A stretch of 64,000 nt of DNA from positions 19,710-83,709 of the forward strand of contig CAMCVI010000002.1 in NCBI GenBank assembly GCA_945881885.1, read 5' to 3'. Made by a program: the position numbers and the translations under genes. The stretch is from Chryseobacterium gleum. Lineage in GTDB: Bacteria > Bacteroidota > Bacteroidia > Flavobacteriales > Flavobacteriaceae. Under the pieces are notes generated by a model, which saw nothing but the letters and a program-made list of their open reading frames with translations, was not told the origin of the DNA and did no database searches. Of the stretch, positions 1 through 8,466 are shown piece after piece (the stretch's first letter is position 1; every line of letters starts with the position of its first letter).

Positions 1-537
1 TTTATTGGACGTTCTAATGTTGGAAAATCATCGTTAATTAACATGATTACCAACCATAAAAACCTAGCTAAAACTTCTGGAAGACCAGGAAAAACCCAAT
101 TAATCAACCATTTTTTAATTAACAAAAACTGGCATTTAGTAGATTTACCAGGTTATGGATACGCAAAAGTTTCTAAGACAACAAAAGCAATATTTCAACA
201 ATTTATTACAGATTATTTTGAAACAAGAGAACAACTTATTTGTGCGTTTGTTTTGGTAGATATTAGACACGAACCACAAAAAATTGATACCGAATTTATT
301 GAATATTTAGGCGAAAGTGAAATTCCGTTTTGTATTGTTTTTACAAAAGCAGACAAATTAGGAAAAACGCATATTCATAAACACGTGGAAGCATACAAGA
401 AAAATTTATTAGCCAACGATTGGGCAGAAATGCCACAATATTTTGTAACTTCTGCCGAAAGTGCTTTGGGTAAAGAAGAAATTTTGACTTATATTGAAGA
501 AGTGAACCAGAATTTGTTTACGGGTTCAGAATTTTAA
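1..537 (+). CDS. engB: Ribosome-biogenesis GTPase YsxC/EngB (5' end outside window)
   Basis: Frame 1 is open from nt 1: FIGRSNVGKSSLIN (G1 P-loop), DLPGYGY (G3), FTKADK (G4). The Met at 43 in the ORF track is internal. Confidence 0.9.
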   Translation, partial: FIGRSNVGKSSLINMITNHKNLAKTSGRPGKTQLINHFLINKNWHLVDLPGYGYAKVSKTTKAIFQQFITDYFETREQLICAFVLVDIRHEPQKIDTEFIEYLGESEIPFCIVFTKADKLGKTHIHKHVEAYKKNLLANDWAEMPQYFVTSAESALGKEEILTYIEEVNQNLFTGSEF

Positions 538-579
538 TATAGGTACACAGATTTTGAGAATTTAAGCGGATTATCATAT

Positions 580-2088
580 TTACTTCACCAACAACGAATG
601 TTGCGTCATAACTTCCGGCTTAGCAATTCCCATTAAATCTAAAATAGTGGGCGCCACATCTCCTAAAACACCTGATTTAATTTGTATTTTATCGTTATCT
701 ACTAAAATTACGGGCACTGGATTGGTTGTATGTGCCGTATTTGGAGAACCATCTGGATTTATCATGGTTTCACAATTTCCGTGGTCGGCAATTACAATTG
801 TGGTATAATTATTTGCTAAAGCGGTTTCAATAATTTCTTTTACACAAACATCAACAGCTTCGCATGCTTTTATAGCTGCTGGCATACTTCCGGTGTGTCC
901 AACCATATCGCCATTTGCGAAATTTAAACACACAAAATCCACTTCCCCTTTTTGTAATTCGGGCACTAAAGCATCTTTTAATTCGAAAGCACTCATTTCG
1001 GGTTGTAAATCGTAAGTGGCTACTTTTGGTGAGTTTTTTAATATTCGAGATTCCCCAACAAAAGGTGCTTCTCTTCCACCAGAAAAGAAAAAAGTTACAT
1101 GCGGATATTTCTCTGTTTCTGCAATTCGGATTTGTTTTTTTCCAGATTTAGAAAGTACTTCACCTAATGTTTCAGTTATATTGTCTTTATCGTAAATAAC
1201 ATGAACGTTTTTATAGGTATCGTCATAATTGGTTAAAGTAACATAATACAACGGTAATTTGTGCATGTTGTGCTCATGAAAATCGGTTTGCGAAAGCACT
1301 TCTGTTAATTCTCTACCTCTATCTGTACGAAAATTAAAGAAAATTACCACATCATCAGGTTGAATCGTTTTTCCTTCTGAAGAAAATAAGGGCTGAATAA
1401 ATTCATCGGTTACATTTGCATCATAACTTTTTTGAATACTTTCCGAAAAATTTGAAGTTTTTTCACCAGAACCATTGACTAGTAAATCGTAAGCTAATTT
1501 AACGCGTTCCCAACGTTTGTCTCTGTCCATTGCATAATATCTTCCAATAACTGATGCTAATTTTGCATTGTTGTTTAAAAGAAAATTTTGTAAATCTTGT
1601 ATGTATTTTTTTCCTGATTTTGGATCCACATCTCGCCCATCGGTAAAAGCGTGAACAAACATATTTGAAACGCCATTTTCTTGAGCCGCTTCAATTAAGC
1701 CGCGTAAATGTGAAGTGTGAGAATGCACGCCACCATCTGAAACCAATCCTAAAAAATGAACGTTTTTATGATTCTTTTTTGCGTAATTGAAGGCATCTAG
1801 TAAAGGGTTTTCATTTTTTAAAGTATGATTTTTAACTGCTAAATTAATTTTTGCTAAATCTTGGTATACAATTCGTCCTGCTCCTAAATTCATGTGACCT
1901 ACTTCTGAATTTCCCATTTGCCCTTCTGGCAAACCTACGTGAAGTCCGTCTGTACGCAATTCAGCATTTGGATAATTTTTGTATAACGAATCTACAAATG
2001 GCGTGTTGGCATTATCTATGGCGGAAACTTTAGGGTCTGGAGAATGTCCCCAACCGTCCAAAATCATTAAAATTACTTTTTTGTTCAT
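580..2088 (-). CDS. gpmI: 2,3-bisphosphoglycerate-independent phosphoglycerate mutase
   Basis: 502 aa; MILDGWG N-terminus, NSEVGHMNLGAGR catalytic-Ser region, IADHGNCE near the C-terminus. Confidence 0.95.
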   Translation of the reverse strand: MNKKVILMILDGWGHSPDPKVSAIDNANTPFVDSLYKNYPNAELRTDGLHVGLPEGQMGNSEVGHMNLGAGRIVYQDLAKINLAVKNHTLKNENPLLDAFNYAKKNHKNVHFLGLVSDGGVHSHTSHLRGLIEAAQENGVSNMFVHAFTDGRDVDPKSGKKYIQDLQNFLLNNNAKLASVIGRYYAMDRDKRWERVKLAYDLLVNGSGEKTSNFSESIQKSYDANVTDEFIQPLFSSEGKTIQPDDVVIFFNFRTDRGRELTEVLSQTDFHEHNMHKLPLYYVTLTNYDDTYKNVHVIYDKDNITETLGEVLSKSGKKQIRIAETEKYPHVTFFFSGGREAPFVGESRILKNSPKVATYDLQPEMSAFELKDALVPELQKGEVDFVCLNFANGDMVGHTGSMPAAIKACEAVDVCVKEIIETALANNYTTIVIADHGNCETMINPDGSPNTAHTTNPVPVILVDNDKIQIKSGVLGDVAPTILDLMGIAKPEVMTQHSLLVK

Positions 2089-2202
2089 CGATGAAATATT
2101 AAGTTACGAAGTTACTAAATTTTTGAACGCCGACTTAAAAAAGTTAATAACGAAAAGGTTTTCTTAATTTTAATATAACGAAATACTTAGAAAATAGTTT
2201 TA

Positions 2203-4642
2203 TTATTTAAGAGCATTCTTGACTTGATTGTAATCAATAAAGTAGCGAATACTAACAGAAAAAGTATGATTTAAATCTTCTTGATTAAATACTTTTTTGG
2301 TATTGTAAACAAAATTTTTATCTATCTCATTTTGAAAAATACCCGATGCATTTCGGTACAAAAATGACATTTGACTTCCCGGTGCAAACCACCAACTATA
2401 TGACAAATCAAAGTTCCACAAATTTAAATTTTGATTGGCGTTACCTGTATAAGAATAGGCTTCTGTGTAACCGTTTTCTAATAATTTATAGTACGAGTTA
2501 TTTTCTGAAAACGACCAATAATGTCTTAATTTTAATCCAAAATTCATTTGTGCTGTGATGGAATATTTTCCTTCCAAACTCGTTTCTAATGTTTGATTGT
2601 CTCTTTTTGCGAAAATAATGTCATTTCCTACTCGATCTACGCGACCTAAATCTTGGTATTCGTTATTGAAATTGTTTCTATAAATTAAAGATAATTTATC
2701 GTTAATACGATATCTCGGACTCACATCCACACCCCAATACCACCAACCTTTAGTTTCTGTGACTCCAATATTTGGGTTAATGTCAAATGCAAATTTATTG
2801 TTGTAATTGGTAGAAATAAAACCCCACATGCCATAATTTTTGGGAAAAACTACAAACCTTCCTTTAACTTGTGGATTGTAAAAATCATGTCTTTCAAACG
2901 GATTTAAATTAATTCCGATACCTGCAGCATGATTTTGTTTATTAGTTAAATTTAAATTGATATTAAAATTTTGTTCTTGAAGATAGTTGGTAGCCTTATC
3001 AAATTGTGCAAACGCATTAAAACTTATCCTAAATGAGTTTAATTTTTCTGTTGATTGTAGCAGTCTATAGTTGGTGTTGGCGCTAATGGAATAATAATTG
3101 GTTTGAAAATTTACGCCTAAATCATTATTGTCATATTCTTTTGAAACATATTTGCCATATACTGAAAACCTAACTTTTCCAGAGGTTTCGCCAAATCCTA
3201 AATTGGCTAAAACTCCATTTTTATTAGGCAAATTGGCATAATTATTTACGTAACTATAATTTAAAGCGCCATTTAAATTGAACGTGTTCTTTTTAGTATT
3301 TAAATCGAATGTTGCTGCAGTAACATTTGCATCTCTAAAATTTCCATTTCGAGTTACATTTGTATTAATTAATGAAACGGAAGAATTTCCGTTAAAACGC
3401 TGATCTAAAACCAAAACATTATAATTGGCGAGCGGCTCAACGGTTTCTGTTCTTGTATTTCCGGTATTTATATCCCGAATAACAACATCTGTTTTTTTTG
3501 TAACTGTGTTTAAAAAACCAATTCCTAAACCTTCTTTTGTTCTACCAGAAATCTTAACTGCGTTCACCAAATCAATTGTGTTTGGAAATTCAATTACTTC
3601 CTCCGATTCTGAAATTTCAGGATATTTACTCGCTCGTTGTCCAATTCTTCTAGAATAAAACAAACCACCTTTATTAAACAAATCGGTTCCCTCGGTAAAA
3701 AAAGGTCTATTTTCGTTAAATATTTGTTCAAACGGCCCCAAGTTTAATATTTTGTCATCAAATCTTGTTTGACCAAAATCAGGAATCAAAACCATATCTA
3801 ACGTAAATGCATCGGTCAAACCGTATTTTAAATCTAAACCACCTTTTAAAGTTCCGAACGATTTTTCTTTACCAAAACTATTTAAATAAAATGAAGAATA
3901 AGGTATTAAAAACAATCGTGTTGGCGTATTTATTTTTTCAATACCTCTTAAAATTCCAGCTTGTTGCGTAAAAAAACCTTTGCTGTTATCTACTGGATTC
4001 CATGTGAACATTTGACGGTTTCTTCTTACTTCTCTAAGAAAGTTAACACCCCAAGTTTGCTTGTCTTCTTTAGGAAAACGAAGTGCGGCATAGGGAATTT
4101 TCATTTCAACTACCCAGCCAATATCGGTAATTTTCGCTTTGCTTTCCCAAATAGCATCCCACGAAGTATCTTCATCTTCTGTGGTTCTAACTAAATCCAT
4201 TTGTCCATCGGAAGCACTAACAAAAAAAGCTAAATTCTTGCTGGCCATCATTAAAACCATTAATAAAAACACCAAAAAAATCTGTAACACCAAAATTGTC
4301 TCTTTCTGAAATTTCTTTCAAGATTTTTGAGGGTTCATTGTCATATAAAATCGCCCCTATGTAAACGGCATCATCATCGTAAAGTACTTTTACTTCTGTG
4401 CGAAGTTCATTTAATTCTGGTTTTCCATTATCTTGGTTAAACATTACAAAGTTTTTGGCTATTGGAACATTTTGCCAATCTACTTCTTCAAGTGACGCAT
4501 CAATTTTTACAGTTTTTTTAATTTTTACGGCAGTAACTTCTTTTTTATTTAACAAAAATGAATCTGGATTTGGAACAATTATTTCTTGTGCAAAAGAAAT
4601 TTGAAAAAAGAGTAAAATACTTAGACTTTGAAGGCACTTCAT
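2203..4642 (-). pseudogene. DUF5916 / CBM9-like secreted outer-membrane protein gene interrupted by a 1-nt frameshift
   Basis: ORF 4217..4642 (signal peptide plus N-terminal domain) ends QQEFSFFC-stop. ORF 2203..4293 continues FFVSASDGQMDL in another frame. The frames switch inside the A7 run 4222..4228 (T7 on the coding strand). Removing one base gives QQEFSFFVSASDGQ. Confidence 0.75.
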
Positions 4643-4834
4643 AAAATTATTTGTAAATAAAATTTATTAGTCTAACTAAAGCAGAATTTGTTTCATCATC
4701 AAATGTTAATTTTTATATATTGATAAAATTTCTCAATTTTTAATCATGATTAATTTTACAATCACCTTTAAAATGTAAAAAATAAACTTTAAATAATACT
4801 GGCATAACAGCTCAATAGCATAAATGATTCCAAA

Positions 4835-5284
4835 TTAAATATCAAAATATTTATACATTAAAAAATGGGCGCCAATCTCAGGAATTTCAAATGACGCTCC
4901 TTTTTTAATGCAACCTTGTTTTTCATAAAAAGGCACAGCAGTTTCTCTTGCATTAAACCACAGCAATTCTGTTTGATTTGTTTTGATAAAATTGAAAATT
5001 TCTTCAATCAACAGTTTTCCAAAACCACTGCTTTGGTATTCTTTTAAAATGGCCATTCCGCGCAATTGAAATTGATTTTTTTGGTCGAAATTTTCATTAT
5101 TTTTTTTAAAAACAGAAGCCACTCCAATTAAATTATTTTCAGTAAACAAACCAAAATGTGTTGTATCAACAGCGTCATCACCCAAAAAAAAGCAAGTTTC
5201 AATGGGTTTGCCCTGTCTTAACACAGCGCTTCTAACTGGAAATGTGCCTAAATAATTAATTTCTTTGAGTGAAATTTTCTCCAT
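4835..5284 (-). CDS. GNAT family N-acetyltransferase
   Basis: 149 aa; acetyl-CoA binding region QLRGMAILKEYQSSGFGKLLIE. Confidence 0.8.
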   Translation of the reverse strand: MEKISLKEINYLGTFPVRSAVLRQGKPIETCFFLGDDAVDTTHFGLFTENNLIGVASVFKKNNENFDQKNQFQLRGMAILKEYQSSGFGKLLIEEIFNFIKTNQTELLWFNARETAVPFYEKQGCIKKGASFEIPEIGAHFLMYKYFDI

Positions 5285-5375
5285 AAAGCATTGTGAATTA
5301 ATAATTTATATAAATGTATTTCATGCTTTTTATTATTTTTCATTAAAAAACTTGCAATTAATCAGTTTTTCCTAT

Positions 5376-5383
5376 TATATTTG
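5376..5383 (+). promoter_or_regulatory. Candidate Bacteroidota -7 box TAnnTTTG for the tRNA-Gly pair
   Basis: TATATTTG, 18 nt before the tRNA 5' end. The same TATATTTGCACTC string precedes the second tRNA cluster at 36548. Confidence 0.55.
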
Positions 5384-5401
5384 CACTCACCAAAATAAAA
5401 T

Positions 5402-5474
5402 GCGAAAGTAGCTCAGTTGGTAGAGCGTCAGCCTTCCAAGCTGAATGTCGCGAGTTCGACCCTCGTCTTTCGCT
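5402..5474 (+). tRNA. tRNA-Gly (anticodon TCC), copy 1
   Basis: 73 nt cloverleaf: acceptor GCGAAAG/CTTTCGC, anticodon stem TCAGC/GCTGA with loop CTTCCAA, T-loop TTCGACC. No encoded CCA. Confidence 0.9.
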
Positions 5475-5506
5475 CTAAAACTTATTGAATTTTAAAATTC
5501 TACCCT

Positions 5507-5579
5507 GCGAAAGTAGCTCAGTTGGTAGAGCGTCAGCCTTCCAAGCTGAATGTCGCGAGTTCGACCCTCGTCTTTCGCT
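5507..5579 (+). tRNA. tRNA-Gly (anticodon TCC), copy 2
   Basis: Base-for-base identical to 5402..5474, separated from it by a 32-nt spacer. Confidence 0.9.
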
Positions 5580-5583
5580 CTAA

Positions 5584-5610
5584 AGCCTCAAATTTTTTTG
5601 GGGCTTTTTT
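5584..5610 (+). terminator. Hairpin plus T-run after the tRNA-Gly pair
   Basis: AGCCTC / GGGGCT stem (one G.U), 10-nt loop, TTTTTT. Overlaps the stop codon of the convergent pepE. Confidence 0.6.
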
Positions 5611-6316
5611 ATTTTAAATCACTTAAATCTGATCCGGTTTCAATTTCAATTGGTTCTTTACTTTGTTGAAATAATCTGGCTGACAAATCTCCTTTTAAGG
5701 TGACTTTGTTTCCCAAAACTTCTAACCAACTACCTTCTCTTAATCCTAAAACCGGTTGCGAATTGTATTGATGAAATTCGTTTATTCTGGTTTCTCTAGT
5801 TTCTCCCATGTGTTGCAAACCTTGAATTGGATCTAAATAATGCGGATTTAAATTGAAAGAAATCAAACCTAATGTTCTAAAACTTGGAGGATACACAATC
5901 GGCATATCGTTAGTAGTTCCCATCGTTAGGCCGCAAATATTGCTTCCTGCACTAGTGCCTAAATACGGCGTTCCGTTTTCCACAACTTTCTGAATGGCAT
6001 CTAATAAATTGTATTTGTATAACATGTCTACCAAAACAAACGTATTGCCACCACCTGTAAAAATAGCTTCTGCATTTTGTATCGCTTCAATTGGATTTTC
6101 AAATTCATGAATTCCTTTAACTTCAATGTTCAATTGTTTAAAAAAAGGTTTTACTTTTTCTGTATACGCTTCGTGAGAAATACCACCTGGTCTGGCAAAA
6201 GGTATAAATACTAAATTTGAAACGGTAGCAAAATGTGATTTTAAAACTGGCAATAAATAATCTAAAAATGTACCTCCAAAAACAGTTGATGTACTTGCAA
6301 TAAGCGCCTTTTTCAT
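5609..6316 (-). CDS. pepE: Dipeptidase E (peptidase S51)
   Basis: 235 aa; FTGGGNTF, GTSAGSN (nucleophile Ser) and TNDMPIV motifs align with E. coli PepE as recalled. Confidence 0.9.
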   Translation of the reverse strand: MKKALIASTSTVFGGTFLDYLLPVLKSHFATVSNLVFIPFARPGGISHEAYTEKVKPFFKQLNIEVKGIHEFENPIEAIQNAEAIFTGGGNTFVLVDMLYKYNLLDAIQKVVENGTPYLGTSAGSNICGLTMGTTNDMPIVYPPSFRTLGLISFNLNPHYLDPIQGLQHMGETRETRINEFHQYNSQPVLGLREGSWLEVLGNKVTLKGDLSARLFQQSKEPIEIETGSDLSDLK

Positions 6317-6357
6317 ATGTGTTATTAAATTTACTTTATTCTTAACAAAATTTTATA

Positions 6358-7137
6358 TTGATTATAATTTTGTTCGTTTATTTTTACAAAAAATTAATTC
6401 TTATAATTATCAAGAACCATTTACAAATATTATTTTTATTACTTTGTCAATTAGTAGTTTCACAAAACGATTCTATAATTAAAGGAAAAATCGTTGTAGC
6501 AAGCAATTCTAATGACGGCGTAACTATTGTAAATATTTCTAACAAAACTAATACAATTTCTGGAAATGGAGGCTATTTTGTTATAAAAGCAAAAGTGAAT
6601 GACACCTTGCTATTTTCATCATTACAGTTTGATGTGATAAAATTAAAAATGACAGCAACTGATTTTGGACAAAATTTGTTATTTATAAAAATGACGCCGC
6701 GGTCCAAATTAATTGAAAAGGTAATCATAACAAACCAAACCGTAATTACAGCCGAAAGTTTGGGATTGGTTCCAAAAGGACAAAAAAGATACACAGTAGC
6801 AGAAAGAAGAATGAAATCAGGTGGCGGAGGAATTGGGATTGGGGGTTTAATTAATTTATTTACGGGTTACGGAAAAGAACTGAAAAGGAACTTGGAAATA
6901 GAGAAAAAAGAAATGTTGATTGAAAAAATTAGAAATCAATTTGAAAAAGCGTATTTTATAAAAACTTTACAAATTCCAGAGAATAATATTGATGGCTTTT
7001 TGTACTATATTGGAGAAGATAAAAAATCACATGAAATATTAAATGGTAACGATAAGAATACGAAAATGTTTAAATTAGCAGATTTAGCTGTAGCTTACTT
7101 AAAGTTAATGCAACCCGAAACACCAAAATCAAAATAA
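6358..7137 (+). CDS. Secreted protein with CarboxypepD_reg-like N-terminal domain, paralog 1 (start uncertain)
   Basis: There is no in-frame ATG before the signal-peptide-like LQILFLLLCQLVVSQ. TTG at 6358 is the ORF-track start. The mature part, SQNDSIIKGKIVV...NKTNTISGNGGYF.IKAKVNDT, is paralogous to the next gene. Confidence 0.6.
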   Translation: MIIILFVYFYKKLILIIIKNHLQILFLLLCQLVVSQNDSIIKGKIVVASNSNDGVTIVNISNKTNTISGNGGYFVIKAKVNDTLLFSSLQFDVIKLKMTATDFGQNLLFIKMTPRSKLIEKVIITNQTVITAESLGLVPKGQKRYTVAERRMKSGGGGIGIGGLINLFTGYGKELKRNLEIEKKEMLIEKIRNQFEKAYFIKTLQIPENNIDGFLYYIGEDKKSHEILNGNDKNTKMFKLADLAVAYLKLMQPETPKSK

Positions 7138-7968
7138 TTGAAAACCGTTTTACAAATTTTAATTTTACTAATCGCTCAAATTGTATTTTCGCAAAACGAT
7201 TCTATAATTAAGGGGAAAATCATTGTGGAAACCAACGACAATGAAGGCATTACAATTATAAATGTTTCAAACAAAACCAACACCATTTCAGGAAACGGCG
7301 GATATTTTAAAATTAAAGCCAAAGTAAATGATACCATAATGTTTAGCGCCATTCATTTAGTTGGCAAAAAACACATTATTACAAAAAAGGATTTTGGTAA
7401 AGATTTACTTTTTATTAGATTAGAAATTTACACGCGTCATATAAAAGAAATCATGGTTACGAATGCTGATGACATCACTGCAGAATCTCTAGGTTTGGTT
7501 CCCAAAGGACAAAAAAAATACACGCCTGCAGAACGAAGAGTAAAAACTGCGGGTGATTTTAACGGACAATTTGGTCTGAATACAGCATTTAGTATCGACC
7601 CATTATTAAACGCTATTTCAGGAAGAACCAAACAATTAAAAGCAGAATTAGAAGTAGAAAGAAAAGAATTTTTACAATATAAAATAAATACTAACTTTGA
7701 TTCCGAATTTATTATGAATCAATTGCATATTCCTGAAGAATTTGTGTCAGGATTTGTTTTTTATATTGTAGAAGATGAAGAATTGAAAGCTGCAGCCAAA
7801 GCAAAAAACAAAACGCTAATTTCTTTCCGAATGAGCGCACTAGCTGTCGATTTTTTGAAATTGAAAAACATACAACCTTATTATCCAAAACCTGTTGAAC
7901 CAGAAAAAAGCACAGAAGAAAACACCACTATTCCAAAACCAGAATTAGAGCCAAAGAAAAATGAATAA
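7138..7968 (+). CDS. Secreted protein with CarboxypepD_reg-like N-terminal domain, paralog 2
   Basis: The TTG start directly abuts the TAA of paralog 1. Signal peptide MKTVLQILILLIAQIVFSQ. Roughly half the residues are identical to paralog 1 by eye. Pro/Glu/Lys-rich C-terminal tail. Confidence 0.65.
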   Translation: MKTVLQILILLIAQIVFSQNDSIIKGKIIVETNDNEGITIINVSNKTNTISGNGGYFKIKAKVNDTIMFSAIHLVGKKHIITKKDFGKDLLFIRLEIYTRHIKEIMVTNADDITAESLGLVPKGQKKYTPAERRVKTAGDFNGQFGLNTAFSIDPLLNAISGRTKQLKAELEVERKEFLQYKINTNFDSEFIMNQLHIPEEFVSGFVFYIVEDEELKAAAKAKNKTLISFRMSALAVDFLKLKNIQPYYPKPVEPEKSTEENTTIPKPELEPKKNE

Positions 7969-8464
7969 ATTTAAAATAGTTTTACTTATGTTATTGTTTG
8001 CACTTTTTAGTGCTTTCACGTTTCATAAATTTTATGTTGGGGTTTTTCAAATAGATTATTTTAAAGAAAAAAAAGCGGTACAAATTACAGCACGATTATT
8101 TATTGATGATTTAGAAAAGGCGTTATATAAAAAACATAACAAACATTTTTACCTTACCACAAAAGATGAAATATCAGACGCAAACTCCTATATTGCTAGC
8201 TATTTATCTGAAAAATTAAAAATTAAAATTAATAATAAAGTTCAAACATTACAGTTTTTATCTAAAGAGCAAGAAGATAATATTGTTATTTGTTATTTAA
8301 AAATACCTTGTAAAGACAACATAAAAATACTAGATATTTTCAATAATGTTTTATCCGATATTTTTGAGGGACAACAAAATTTAGTACATTTGAACATTAA
8401 TGGTAACAAAAAAACCATTTTGTTTACAAATACAGAAACCAATCAAAAACTGAAATATAAATAA
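7961..8464 (+). CDS. DUF6702-like small envelope protein
   Basis: 167 aa with an N-terminal hydrophobic segment. Its ATG overlaps the upstream stop by 8 nt. The family name is recalled, not searched. Confidence 0.65.
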   Translation: MNKFKIVLLMLLFALFSAFTFHKFYVGVFQIDYFKEKKAVQITARLFIDDLEKALYKKHNKHFYLTTKDEISDANSYIASYLSEKLKIKINNKVQTLQFLSKEQEDNIVICYLKIPCKDNIKILDIFNNVLSDIFEGQQNLVHLNINGNKKTILFTNTETNQKLKYK

Positions 8465-8466
8465 TT

